64,000 nucleotides of DNA, taken from an uncultured bacterium (lineage in GTDB: Bacteria > Patescibacteriota > Minisyncoccia > Phycocordibacterales > CAIZLB01). This document shows, in pieces, positions 8,800 to 18,347 of the stretch; position 1 is the stretch's first letter; each line of letters starts with the position of its first letter. Under the pieces are notes generated by a model. The model was not told the DNA's origin. It saw only the letters and a list, made by a program, of their open reading frames with translations, and did not search any database. A program made the position numbers and the translations under genes. The stretch covers positions 95,905 to 159,904 of the forward strand of contig CAIZVZ010000001.1 of the NCBI GenBank assembly GCA_903936565.1. The letters run 5' to 3'.

Positions 8800-8930
8800 A
8801 TTCTTTTTTCCATGGTTTTTGTGGCTTAAAATCTATCTCTTTTTCGTTTTCTGTTCCTTACCACTATTTCCCACTTATCTACCATTTTATACCACTTACT
8901 ACACACTTGCAAACACATTTTAGAAAAAAG

Positions 8931-8959
8931 TTGTGTATAACTTTTTATTATTGTAGTAT
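8931..8959 (+). promoter_or_regulatory. Putative promoter TTGTGT-17nt-TGnTAGTAT (extended -10) about 100 nt upstream of the 9058 ORF
   Basis: Hexamers and spacing read directly from the sequence. Confidence 0.35.
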
Positions 8960-9057
8960 TTCAGGCAGAAGCACATTCCAAAGTGATGCGGAGTGTTTTT
9001 TCTGACAGTTTTGATGTGTAAAACCAGCCAAACAATCAACCCCAGCTAACAACCGAT

Positions 9058-9525
9058 ATGACAACCGAACCTAACGAAGAAATCAGCCTAGCAGTACCCG
9101 CGCCGTTGGTACAACTAAGAAAGCCTGCGCCAAAGGATCTAGCTGAAGAGCAAAAGCCAATGGTCACAGAACGATATATTACTGGGCGCGACGCCCGTGG
9201 AATAAATGGAGGTGTTGAAAATGACGGCTCCACAGAAACGAGGCAATTGTTTCGTTTCGTAAACCTAATGGGCGCCACCACAATCAATATCAAAAATGGA
9301 CAAACTCCACTTCAGGCCATTGAGGAGGTTGCCAAAACTAGCCGTAAATTTCGTCAGACATGGCGTCTGGAGAAGACGACACAAAACAGACCAGTATGTG
9401 GAGGCTGGACCAGACTGTGGCAACGCAAGGCAACAGACTGGAAAGTGACCAAAGTCGAGAAACTTCAATGCCCGCCGAACGAAAACTTCCAAGATTACAT
9501 CAGGAAGGTTAGCTCAGCAGCCTGA
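9058..9525 (+). CDS. Hypothetical protein (155 aa), GC-rich, inserted on the opposite strand between mraZ and greA
   Basis: The ORF is followed 20 nt downstream by a strong intrinsic terminator. Its composition is protein-like (Cys, Trp and charged residues). Confidence 0.45.
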   Translation: MTTEPNEEISLAVPAPLVQLRKPAPKDLAEEQKPMVTERYITGRDARGINGGVENDGSTETRQLFRFVNLMGATTINIKNGQTPLQAIEEVAKTSRKFRQTWRLEKTTQNRPVCGGWTRLWQRKATDWKVTKVEKLQCPPNENFQDYIRKVSSAA

Positions 9526-9560
9526 CAATATCAAACTACCTACTAGTAGTGATAAAGCAA

Positions 9561-9598
9561 AAAGCGCATCCCTCTCCAGGATGCGCTTTTTTATTTTA
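9561..9598. terminator. Rho-independent terminator (AGCGCATCC-ctctccag-GATGCGCT followed by TTTTTTATTTT); also fits the greA 3' end on the other strand
   Basis: 9-bp stem followed by a T-run on the plus strand. An A-run precedes it, which would give a T-run for the minus-strand transcript. Confidence 0.65.
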
Positions 9599-9641
9599 GA
9601 CCCCAAGGCCTTGATTGAGACAAAACCTAGAGCATCAAAAA

Positions 9642-10106
9642 TTATTCGATAGAAATTATATGATAATCCGCCTCCCCAGCTGGAGTTGTGAATTTGAATT
9701 TGTCCCCCTTCTTTTTTCCAAGTAGAGCGTGACCAACAGGAGATTTGAATGAGATCTTTCCAGCTGACATGTCAGCCTCTTCTGATCCAACAAGAGTGTA
9801 AACTTTTTCTGTCTTACTCAAAGATGTTTTAACATGAACTACAGAACCAATCTCAACCTTGTCACTGTGATGAGATTCAATAATTTGAGCATGAGTAAGA
9901 ACATTCTCTATTTGAGAAATTCTATCCTCTAGTGCAGCCTGAGCTTCACGTGCCTCATTGTATTCTGCATTCTCCGATAAATCGCCAAGAGCTTTTGCAA
10001 ACTCAAGATTTTGCGCAATTTCTTGACGCTTAACAGTCTTGAGTGTTTCAAGCTCTCCCTTTAACTCATCGTATCGTGCTTTTGATAAATAATCTTTTGA
10101 TGACAT
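9642..10106 (-). CDS. greA: Transcription elongation factor GreA
   Basis: 154 aa with an N-terminal coiled-coil carrying the GDLSENAEY acidic-tip motif, and a C-terminal FKBP-like domain. Confidence 0.9.
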   Translation of the reverse strand: MSSKDYLSKARYDELKGELETLKTVKRQEIAQNLEFAKALGDLSENAEYNEAREAQAALEDRISQIENVLTHAQIIESHHSDKVEIGSVVHVKTSLSKTEKVYTLVGSEEADMSAGKISFKSPVGHALLGKKKGDKFKFTTPAGEADYHIISIE

Positions 10107-10233
10107 ATTTTTTAAATAAGACGCAAAGTATAAACTATTTTTCAGGTCTTGACAAGGTTAAAAATCGGAAAAATATAGTATTATATTATGGCTATAAATA
10201 AGGTTTTACTACCAAATTGACATCAATTTTAAC

Positions 10234-12132
10234 CTAATTCACCCTCTCTATTTCATTTAAGCTATTAATCGTACTTGTACTTATACTACTACTATCAATT
10301 TCAGTGTTATCAGAACTACTACTATTGTTTGAATCTGTAGGCGTTGGCGCAACCTCAGCCTTAGGAGGAACATAATCTAAGAAATATTGTCTTGCATAAA
10401 TATTCATCCAATCGATCAATAATCTCATCACGGAAGTCGCTCCGTAAACCGCATCACTTGGACCGCGCTCCATCATTATAACAAAAGCATATCTAGGTTT
10501 TTCTGCTGGCCAATAACCGACGGACCAAGAGTTGATATATTTTTTAAGTGTTCCAAGTTGAGCTGTTCCAGTTTTACCTGCAATTTTTACAAAAGGAACA
10601 TTCAAAGGCTTCATTGTTCCGTCAGTAACAGTCATTCTCATTCCCTCTCTTACAACATTGAAGTAACTCGCCTTATCTATTGCAATTTTGTTTTGAGTTA
10701 ATCTCTGATCCTGTAGACCAAAGGCGCTCAAAGTATTAGCATCTCTCTGAACTCCCTGCGCTGTATACTCCGATGTCGTTGAAGACATATTCAAAGTTGG
10801 AGTGACCATATATCCACCATTTGCGAGTGCAGAAACAGCTCTAACTGTTTGAATAGGAGTTACCTGAAATCCATATTGTCCAATTGCAGTGTGATATGTA
10901 TCTCCAATTCTCCAAATATCTCCGTTGAAATTTGCTTTTTTCCATTCTTGATTTGGAATCACTCCAACCTTTCCGCTAAAATAGTTATTCGCAACAGATG
11001 AACCAAAACCAAACATTCTAGAATATTTATTAATTCTATCAATTCCAAGACCCTTTTGTCCTGGAAATCCTCCACCAATTTCATAAAAATAAATGTCCGA
11101 AGAAACAGCAATTGCTCTTCTCATATCCGTCCACCCGTTTACCTTCCAGTCTTTAAAAATCGTAAACTCCCCAGGCAGGTACGGATTTGGAACCTTCAGC
11201 TGTCCTGTACTTTCGATCTGCTTATCAGGTGAAATAATTCCTTCATTAAGTGCCGCTAGGGCAAAGAATGGTTTGATGATGGATCCCGGAGTATAAAGAC
11301 CATCACTAACTCTATCCAAGAATAAGTTTGAACTATTCGATAAATATCCATTAATCTTTTCGGTATCACTACCATCGGTCATGATGTTACTATCATATTC
11401 AGGAAATGAAACACTACTTAATATTTCCCCTGTATTAACATCCATAATTACCCCCGCCCCACTCTTGAACCCAGAACGTCCTGCAATGTCCTTAATGGCC
11501 GAATAGAAGGCTTCTTGCAGTTTGGCATCAATTGTAAGTATCAGGTCCGAACCATTGACTGTGGGCTTAATAAGGCTTCCTGGGTATATCTTTCCGTGAA
11601 CATCTGTCTCGACAATCTTAATACCGTTTTGACCCAACAGGTTGTTATTAAAATATTTTTCAACACCATCAGCACCCTTCAGTTCTGTATTATAATAAAA
11701 TCCTGATTTATCCTTTTGTGGGTACTTAACATAACCAAGCAAATTATGAGTACCTGCATTTTCCCTGTAAGATCTCAAAGAAAATTCCGCTTGACTCTCG
11801 TCAATCTTATTCCACGCCAACAGCTTTCCATATCTATCCATAACAGCCCCTCTTTCTGCAAAAATTAAACTATGATCTAAGTGATTATTTTCAGCAATTT
11901 TTCTAAAATTATTTCCCTGTAGAATTTGAATATTGGCAATTTGATAGACATATAAAACGGCAACAACAGCAAAAATACACCCTGCGATAATTATATTCCT
12001 TAGGGGTATTGGCTTTTCAATCCTGCCTTCAAATTGGTCTGTATCAAAATGTGGCAAGTTAGAAGAATCCAAAAATATATCTTCTGGGTTTATCTCTGCA
12101 TTTTTAGATGATCTTCTTCTTCGCTTAAGCAT
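10234..12132 (-). CDS. mrdA: Peptidoglycan D,D-transpeptidase PBP2 (MrdA, elongasome)
   Basis: 632 aa with an N-terminal TM helix. The SxxK motif is TPGSIIKPF and the KTG motif is AGKTGTAQ. It lies immediately downstream of mreBCD. Confidence 0.85.
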   Translation of the reverse strand: MLKRRRRSSKNAEINPEDIFLDSSNLPHFDTDQFEGRIEKPIPLRNIIIAGCIFAVVAVLYVYQIANIQILQGNNFRKIAENNHLDHSLIFAERGAVMDRYGKLLAWNKIDESQAEFSLRSYRENAGTHNLLGYVKYPQKDKSGFYYNTELKGADGVEKYFNNNLLGQNGIKIVETDVHGKIYPGSLIKPTVNGSDLILTIDAKLQEAFYSAIKDIAGRSGFKSGAGVIMDVNTGEILSSVSFPEYDSNIMTDGSDTEKINGYLSNSSNLFLDRVSDGLYTPGSIIKPFFALAALNEGIISPDKQIESTGQLKVPNPYLPGEFTIFKDWKVNGWTDMRRAIAVSSDIYFYEIGGGFPGQKGLGIDRINKYSRMFGFGSSVANNYFSGKVGVIPNQEWKKANFNGDIWRIGDTYHTAIGQYGFQVTPIQTVRAVSALANGGYMVTPTLNMSSTTSEYTAQGVQRDANTLSAFGLQDQRLTQNKIAIDKASYFNVVREGMRMTVTDGTMKPLNVPFVKIAGKTGTAQLGTLKKYINSWSVGYWPAEKPRYAFVIMMERGPSDAVYGATSVMRLLIDWMNIYARQYFLDYVPPKAEVAPTPTDSNNSSSSDNTEIDSSSISTSTINSLNEIERVN

Positions 12133-12167
12133 TTTTATTATAAATATAACTTATTATAATTTAATTA

Positions 12168-12443
12168 TTACGAATAAAATCTAACTCGCTTTTTAATTAA
12201 TCTGAATAAAATTACAATCACCGTCATTAGTATGGTAAAAAATAAATGAATATGCCTGCCATAAAAGACGACAAACAAATCACTTCTGTATAATAAATCC
12301 AATAAAAATCCAAAAATTATTGCTTCATAGTAAAGATAGAACCAGGATGCAAATACCGACAACAACAACGGTACCCACCAGCTAAGGGTAAATATGGAAA
12401 CAAATATTATCAGTCCACTATAAAACCTTTTTGACTTGAACAT
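12168..12443 (-). CDS. mreD: Rod shape-determining protein MreD-like (small polytopic membrane protein)
   Basis: 91 aa and very hydrophobic. It occupies the mreD position between mreC and PBP2. Confidence 0.4.
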   Translation of the reverse strand: MFKSKRFYSGLIIFVSIFTLSWWVPLLLSVFASWFYLYYEAIIFGFLLDLLYRSDLFVVFYGRHIHLFFTILMTVIVILFRLIKKRVRFYS

Positions 12444-13227
12444 ATCTTAGTGAATTCATATTAATAGGACTTTTAAAGCGCAGCTGGGAATAGGCTTCTC
12501 CTTCACCAGACTCAACAACCTCAACCGCACCCAACAAAATTGTCTCTGCTGAAGGCCACACGACCGGATCGCCAACTTTAACTTTTATATTTTTAGGCAA
12601 TTTAATATAAAAGTTTCCAGCACCCTGTCCTTCTGCCACCACTGGATTCAATGCATCTTTAACTCTTGATTTTACCGTACTTGTTCCTACACCAGAATCA
12701 TCTTTGACTCCCTCAATCGGAGAATTAATTAGAGCGTCAATTTTTTGTCCTGCAGAAGAAAATAATGTAACGGTTGAAGTGTGGCCTGAGACGGAAGAAA
12801 TCATACCTATTGCATATACGCTATCAGAAAACACCATATCCCCTTCCAGGATATCTTGATCAGATCCTATATCGATCACAAGTGAGTCAAACGGGGTTCT
12901 TGGGGGTCGCTCTATTACTCCTGCCAAAATCATATTAGAGTCCTCTGGTGTCTTACCAAGCAAAGACCTGAGATATTCATTTTCAGTTTGAAGAGATTTA
13001 ACCAAAGCCTGCTCTGCCAAATTTCTTGGAATAAACCTTGGTTCATTTGAACCATTTACCACATATGCTCTCACATTTTGAACTACACTGATTAAAGACT
13101 TGCTGGCAAATACATATAGCAAGACACAAATGATAAACAAAACTAACAGTCCAATAAATTGTACTTTACTGAAAGATTTTTTTGAGTTTGAATTGTATTT
13201 ATTTCCTTGTAGGTAGCTCATCTTCAT
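12418..13227 (-). CDS. mreC: Rod shape-determining protein MreC
   Basis: 269 aa with a TM helix, a coiled coil (LQTENEYLRSLL) and a beta-rich C-terminal domain. It follows mreB. Confidence 0.75.
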   Translation of the reverse strand: MKMSYLQGNKYNSNSKKSFSKVQFIGLLVLFIICVLLYVFASKSLISVVQNVRAYVVNGSNEPRFIPRNLAEQALVKSLQTENEYLRSLLGKTPEDSNMILAGVIERPPRTPFDSLVIDIGSDQDILEGDMVFSDSVYAIGMISSVSGHTSTVTLFSSAGQKIDALINSPIEGVKDDSGVGTSTVKSRVKDALNPVVAEGQGAGNFYIKLPKNIKVKVGDPVVWPSAETILLGAVEVVESGEGEAYSQLRFKSPINMNSLRYVQVKKVL

Positions 13228-14263
13228 TTTGAATTAGCATTTCCTCAAACACATCCATATCCTCTAATATTATACCAGCACCACGGGCAACTGCGGTAAG
13301 CGGATCATCAGCAACATGAACGGGAATACCAACATACTTTGACAAGACTTCTGGAAGACCTCTGATGAGCGCCCCACCTCCAGCTAGATGAATTCCATTT
13401 CTCATAACATCTGCAAGTATTTCAGGTGGAGTGGTTTCAAGAACCTCTTTAACTGATTCCAAGAAGGTGTCCATGGACGCACCAATTGCTTCTCTGATAT
13501 CGGAATCAGTTACAATCACCTCTCTTGGAAGGCCTGTAACAAGATCTCTTCCTCTTATTGCAGCTTCAAGTGCCGGCTTATGCTCTATCACAGTAGCGAT
13601 GGCAATCTTCAAATCCTCTGCTGTCTTCTCTCCAATCAGAATTTTAAATTCATTTCTGATATAAGACATTATATCACTATTTAATTTATCACCTGCAACT
13701 TTTAGATTTTTTGCACGAACAATTCCACCTAATGAAATCACAGCGATATCCGTAGTACCTCCTCCGATGTCCACAATCATACTACCTGTTGCTTCTCTAA
13801 CTGGTAGCCTTATGCCAATTGCAGCTGCCATCGGCTCTTCAATGATATGAACTTCTCTTGCACCTGCATTTCTTGCAGCATCGCGAACAGCACGACGCTC
13901 CACGTTTGTAACTCCATAAGGAACTCCGACAACAACCTTTGGACCAAGCATTTTTTTAGATAACTCTTCTGCCTTTTTAATTAGATATGAAAGCATTTCT
14001 TCTGTTACTTCAAAATCCGAAATAACTCCATCAACAATTGGTCGAACTGCAACAATGTGACCTGGAGTTCTTCCAAGCATTGCCTTCGCTTGCGCACCAA
14101 CAGCAACTACTCTTCCTGTTTTTTGATTTACCGCAACAACAGACGGCTCGTTAATTATAACCCCCCTTCCAGAAACATAGACAAGAGTATTAGCTGTACC
14201 AAGATCGATACCGATCTCGTTTGAAGTCATCTTTAGAAATTTGTCTTTGATATTTTTGAACAT
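13199..14263 (-). CDS. mreB: Rod shape-determining protein MreB (actin homologue), copy 1
   Basis: It has the phosphate-1 motif IGIDLGTANTLVY and the motifs DIGGGTTD and GIHLAGGGA. It sits at the head of mreBCD-mrdA. Confidence 0.9.
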   Translation of the reverse strand: MFKNIKDKFLKMTSNEIGIDLGTANTLVYVSGRGVIINEPSVVAVNQKTGRVVAVGAQAKAMLGRTPGHIVAVRPIVDGVISDFEVTEEMLSYLIKKAEELSKKMLGPKVVVGVPYGVTNVERRAVRDAARNAGAREVHIIEEPMAAAIGIRLPVREATGSMIVDIGGGTTDIAVISLGGIVRAKNLKVAGDKLNSDIMSYIRNEFKILIGEKTAEDLKIAIATVIEHKPALEAAIRGRDLVTGLPREVIVTDSDIREAIGASMDTFLESVKEVLETTPPEILADVMRNGIHLAGGGALIRGLPEVLSKYVGIPVHVADDPLTAVARGAGIILEDMDVFEEMLIQNEDELPTRK

Positions 14264-14331
14264 GATTTATAAGGCCCATTCTATATAAAATATAGACTAT
14301 AATCAACTTGTCACAGCCTATAATAGAACGC

Positions 14332-15480
14332 CTATTTAAACAGGTAAAACACGTCCTTGAAGGTCACCACAAGCATAAGGCCAATAAGGAGTATAAAACC
14401 TATGCCATTTACCCATCCAATTACTTTTGCGTTAATTGGACGTCTGATTATGGCCTCTAAAATCACCACAACAACTCTACCTCCGTCAAGAGCTGGGAAT
14501 GGCACCATGTTAATAACAGCGAGGTTTGCGGAGATGACAGCAATAATCATCAAAAGCTCGGCAACACCTGTTTTTGCAGAATTTCCTACCACATTCGCAA
14601 TTCCGACTGGACCTGTTACCTCCTTAAGACTTCCCTTTCCAACAAAAACATTACCAATAAATCCAGCTAGGCCCACGGTAATATTCTCCATCAAACTATA
14701 TGTTTGAATTGCTCCATAGTAAAAAGATTTAAAGAATCCTATCTTCGCCTCCCCTATCATGTCCATAGAAATTCCTGCAGCCTTCTTTCCTTGGACAATT
14801 CCTGTTACTGGCGCAAATTTATAAGCAACTGCTTCCTCCTTAGTTCTCTCAACTGTTGATGTGCTTTGAGATCGGCCATCATCTACTGTAAGAAGTGATG
14901 ATCTTTTAACAGTCACGGAAACATTACTCTCGGCTGTTGAAATAGTTTTTTGAACATTCAAAACAGAGAGACTTGTACTTGCAAACAAATCCTTACCGTT
15001 TGAAATAGAAAGAATTTCATCTCCCGCCTTAATACCAATTAGATCTGCTGGAGAACCTGGGGCAACCATTGTAATAATCAACTTCGGATCACGAACTACT
15101 TCTCCGGGAAATGTATCAACTGAGACCTTTGTACCAAACATCAGTGTGGCAACCAAGAAGATGTATGCCAAAATAACGTTAAAGGTGACTCCAGCGATTA
15201 ATACAATAATTTGTTGCCACTTTGGTTTTGCCAAAATACTATCAGATGTAATACTATCCTCTGGATTTTCACCGTGAATTGTAACGTACCCTCCAAGTGG
15301 AACTAGGTTAAGTGAAAATCTAGTTTTGCCAATCATTTTACTAAACAATCTTGGTGGAAAACCAATTGCAAAGTTATCAACTCTTATTTTAAAGAGTCTT
15401 GCAGCAAGGAAGTGCCCCATTTCATGGACAGCGATAAGTAAAGTTAGAACCAGTAGAAAAATTATTGTGGTTGATATCAT
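14332..15480 (-). CDS. rseP: RIP site-2 zinc metalloprotease RseP (M50 family)
   Basis: It has an HEMGH motif inside TM helix 1, an internal PDZ domain and C-terminal TM helices. Confidence 0.85.
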   Translation of the reverse strand: MISTTIIFLLVLTLLIAVHEMGHFLAARLFKIRVDNFAIGFPPRLFSKMIGKTRFSLNLVPLGGYVTIHGENPEDSITSDSILAKPKWQQIIVLIAGVTFNVILAYIFLVATLMFGTKVSVDTFPGEVVRDPKLIITMVAPGSPADLIGIKAGDEILSISNGKDLFASTSLSVLNVQKTISTAESNVSVTVKRSSLLTVDDGRSQSTSTVERTKEEAVAYKFAPVTGIVQGKKAAGISMDMIGEAKIGFFKSFYYGAIQTYSLMENITVGLAGFIGNVFVGKGSLKEVTGPVGIANVVGNSAKTGVAELLMIIAVISANLAVINMVPFPALDGGRVVVVILEAIIRRPINAKVIGWVNGIGFILLIGLMLVVTFKDVFYLFK

Positions 15481-15497
15481 CTATTATTTATTATGTA

Positions 15498-16058
15498 TTA
15501 AATTAAAATCTCACTTTCCTTCTTTGCATAAGCCTCTTCTAGGCGCGCTTCGCATTCTTTTACGATTTTTTCCATTTCCATTTTCGATCTTGTCATTTCA
15601 TCCTCACTCATTTCTCCATCCTTTTTCTTTTTATTCAAATCATCAGAAATATCACCCCTTTCTCTTCTTAGGGCGATTTTTGATTCCTCAAGCTTTTGCT
15701 TAGCAATCTTTGCAAGTTGTTGTCTTCTCTCTCCAGTTAGCTCTGGAAAGATGACACGGAGCCCCTTATCGTCAACGCTCACTGCGACACCTAAGTCTGC
15801 CAAGTTAATAGACTTCTCTATCGCTTGAGTTTGACTTCTGTCCCATGGAGTAATTCTGATTGTTCTTGGATCTTCAGTATTTAGACTGGCAACACCAGAG
15901 AGGTGCATCATACTACCGTATGAATCTACCTTTACGCCATCAAGAAATGAAACAGTTGCTCTACCAGTTCGTACCCCAGCTAATTCTTTTACCAACCACT
16001 CTTCTGTACCCTTTGTTTTTTGTTTAAATGAAGAAAAATCGTATGTCATAATACTCAC
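15498..16058 (-). CDS. frr: Ribosome recycling factor
   Basis: 186 aa showing the typical RRF sequence (LAGVRTGRA..., a coiled three-helix bundle). Confidence 0.9.
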   Translation of the reverse strand: MSIMTYDFSSFKQKTKGTEEWLVKELAGVRTGRATVSFLDGVKVDSYGSMMHLSGVASLNTEDPRTIRITPWDRSQTQAIEKSINLADLGVAVSVDDKGLRVIFPELTGERRQQLAKIAKQKLEESKIALRRERGDISDDLNKKKKDGEMSEDEMTRSKMEMEKIVKECEARLEEAYAKKESEILI

Positions 16059-16125
16059 AATGATATCATAAGGGGCGGGTTTGGTAAAACATCACAATAG
16101 ATAGATAAGATAAGAATGAGCGACG

Positions 16126-16150
16126 CCCGGTCTTCACAAGGAAGGCCGGG
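16126..16150 (-). terminator. Candidate terminator hairpin CCCGGTCTTC-acaag-GAAGGCCGGG downstream of the 16200-16601 ORF
   Basis: 10-bp stem with one G-U pair. The downstream T tract is interrupted. Confidence 0.35.
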
Positions 16151-16199
16151 CGGGGTTGGAGATTAATGCTCAGTTGAAGCGACTGTAGACACAGCGAAG

Positions 16200-16601
16200 T
16201 CAGGTGTGTTCAAACAGGTATCTGAACGAATGAGGGTTACCGTAAGGAACTCGCTTAAGTAAGATTTGCAAAGTAAAGTCTTGCAAATCGAACACCAGCT
16301 CAAGTTCGTCCTTACCAAGTAATTCATCCGAGAGAATCCGCTGACCATTACATAGAAGTTCAAAGGGGCTGGAGGGATTCTTGTCACTCCACATATTCCC
16401 CCCTGACAAGGTCACTTCATCAAAACCGCTGGATTCTGATTTGCGCCACGTGTGTATTCGAAACTTGACTTGCTGAAACTGCTTTTCGCTAAACAGAGCA
16501 CTACTTACATCCGTGACGAGAGCTCTCCAGAACTCATCAAAACGGGTCATAGGCATCGTGTTCATCTGGATAGCTTTATACCACACGTACAAAATTTGCA
16601 C
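16200..16601 (-). CDS. Hypothetical protein (about 130 aa), GC-rich
   Basis: ORF in a GC-elevated patch with no recognisable motif. The start is uncertain. Confidence 0.3.
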   Translation of the reverse strand: MQILYVWYKAIQMNTMPMTRFDEFWRALVTDVSSALFSEKQFQQVKFRIHTWRKSESSGFDEVTLSGGNMWSDKNPSSPFELLCNGQRILSDELLGKDELELVFDLQDFTLQILLKRVPYGNPHSFRYLFEHT

Positions 16602-16652
16602 AACAAAGGGTTGGCAAGTTTATAAACCCCTATTTTATCTCAACAGAAAAAG

Positions 16653-18185
16653 CTATTTACCTAAAACCCCATCCTCGATCATCTTATGTATTCCATCAAA
16701 TGAACCGTTACTCATCACAACTATTACATCTCCTGATTTTAAGATAGGTATTATTGAATCAGATAGTTCCAAAGCCGTACTTGCGAGTATCACAGTTTTC
16801 CCCAATTTCTCAGTTTCTTCCTTTACAATTTGTGGATCAAGTAAGTCCTGACCAGAATCAACCTCCGCTTTAAATGGAGGAATTTTAATGCCGATTATAT
16901 CAGCCTCTGCAAGTGCGACTGGATAAGTATGCTCAAATATTTTACGACGACTTGTGCTTGATCTTGGTTCAAACACAGCAACGATTCTCCTATCTGGAAA
17001 TCTTTCTTTAATTCCCTTAACAGTTTCAGCAACCGCTGTTGGATGATGGGCAAAATCATCAATTATCACAAAGTCATTATTTTTAAAAACAATCTCCTGC
17101 CTCCTCTTCATTCCAGGAAAACTTGAAATAGCGCCTCGGACCTTCTCACTCTTTATATCAATATTTGCTAAGTGCATTACTCCCAACACAGAAACAGCGT
17201 TAAGCATATTATATTCACCGTACATTGGTATAGTATATTCACCATAAGACTCTCCTTTGATAAATAATTCGAAGTGCTGACCTTCCGTATCAATCATTTT
17301 CAAAACTGGATATAAGTCCGCAGTGTTTGTCATTCCATAAACTAAAACCTTGGCCTTATGTTGTGTATTTAAAATTAATTCATTTAGTAACGGATATTCA
17401 TCAGACACGACAAGCCCCTTTTCTGTTATTTGTATTAAATGTTCGAATGCTTTTGTGTATGTAGGAACATCTGGATAAATATCAACATGATCCCATTCTA
17501 CAGAGGTAATAATGGAATACGCCGGACGATAATGTAGAAACTTTGGTCTTGCATCAAAAAAAGAAGTATCGTATTCATCCCCTTCAAACACTGCATATTT
17601 CCCCTTCCCCACATGATGACTTGTGCCTTCAATGGTTTTTTCCTTATCAATTTTGGAAAAATAATTTTGCATCACTCCACCTATTAAATATGTTGGGTCT
17701 TCGCCGATTTCAGATAGAACATAAGCCAAAAGTCCGGTAGTTGTAGTTTTTCCATGAGTACCGCAAACAGCAAATGATTCTTTATCATCTCCAACATAAT
17801 ATTGCCCCATAATTTCTGGCATGGAAATTAATGGCTTATTTTTCCTAATCGCCTCAATTACTTCGATATGATCTGGTGCACAGGCGTTACCAACTACAAT
17901 CAAATCTACATCATCTTCAATGTGATTAGCGTCCCATCCTTCAAATATTTTTACACCCTTCAATTTCAGAAGCGGGCCCATTGGTGGCCAGAACGATACG
18001 TCCGATCCAGTTACATCAAAACCAGAATCCCGAAGCATCAGCGCACATGTCCCCATGGCTGTTCCACAAACTCCGATGATGTGAATTTTTTTACAATTCT
18101 TTATATCTATATTCTGTCGATTGATAACACGCAACTCTGGATGATTTTTCTTAAGCAATTTTGCTTCATAATATTCATTAAACAT
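16653..18185 (-). CDS. Mur ligase family protein, Mpl/MurC-like (UDP-N-acetylmuramate ligase family)
   Basis: 510 aa. The N-terminal Rossmann motif IIGVCGTAMG is followed by DVSFWPPM, which is more Mpl-like than MurC-like. A central ATP-binding GTHGKTTTT P-loop is present. Confidence 0.8.
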   Translation of the reverse strand: MFNEYYEAKLLKKNHPELRVINRQNIDIKNCKKIHIIGVCGTAMGTCALMLRDSGFDVTGSDVSFWPPMGPLLKLKGVKIFEGWDANHIEDDVDLIVVGNACAPDHIEVIEAIRKNKPLISMPEIMGQYYVGDDKESFAVCGTHGKTTTTGLLAYVLSEIGEDPTYLIGGVMQNYFSKIDKEKTIEGTSHHVGKGKYAVFEGDEYDTSFFDARPKFLHYRPAYSIITSVEWDHVDIYPDVPTYTKAFEHLIQITEKGLVVSDEYPLLNELILNTQHKAKVLVYGMTNTADLYPVLKMIDTEGQHFELFIKGESYGEYTIPMYGEYNMLNAVSVLGVMHLANIDIKSEKVRGAISSFPGMKRRQEIVFKNNDFVIIDDFAHHPTAVAETVKGIKERFPDRRIVAVFEPRSSTSRRKIFEHTYPVALAEADIIGIKIPPFKAEVDSGQDLLDPQIVKEETEKLGKTVILASTALELSDSIIPILKSGDVIVVMSNGSFDGIHKMIEDGVLGK

Positions 18186-18278
18186 TTACTAAGTGTATAA
18201 AAGTAGAAAAACATACGCAAGGGGTTTTTGTTATGTTTTCATTGTCGAATAAGAAATAAAATATGGAAATGAACTACG

Positions 18279-18315
18279 GCGCAGCCCCCTCTAGGGGCTG
18301 CGCCGTTTTGTTTTG
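18279..18315. terminator. Intrinsic terminator GGCGCAGCCCC-ctcta-GGGGCTGCGCC followed by GTTTTGTTTTG
   Basis: Perfect 11-bp GC stem with T-runs. It sits 30 nt downstream of the minus-strand 18348 gene end. Confidence 0.6.
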
Positions 18316-18347
18316 ATTCAAATGAAGGTCAGACCTCCTCATGGTTC

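Noticed and set aside
16653-18185. Calling the Mur ligase specifically MurC.
   Set aside because: The N-terminal motif (GSDVSFWPPM) is closer to Mpl than to MurC. The assignment is left at family level.
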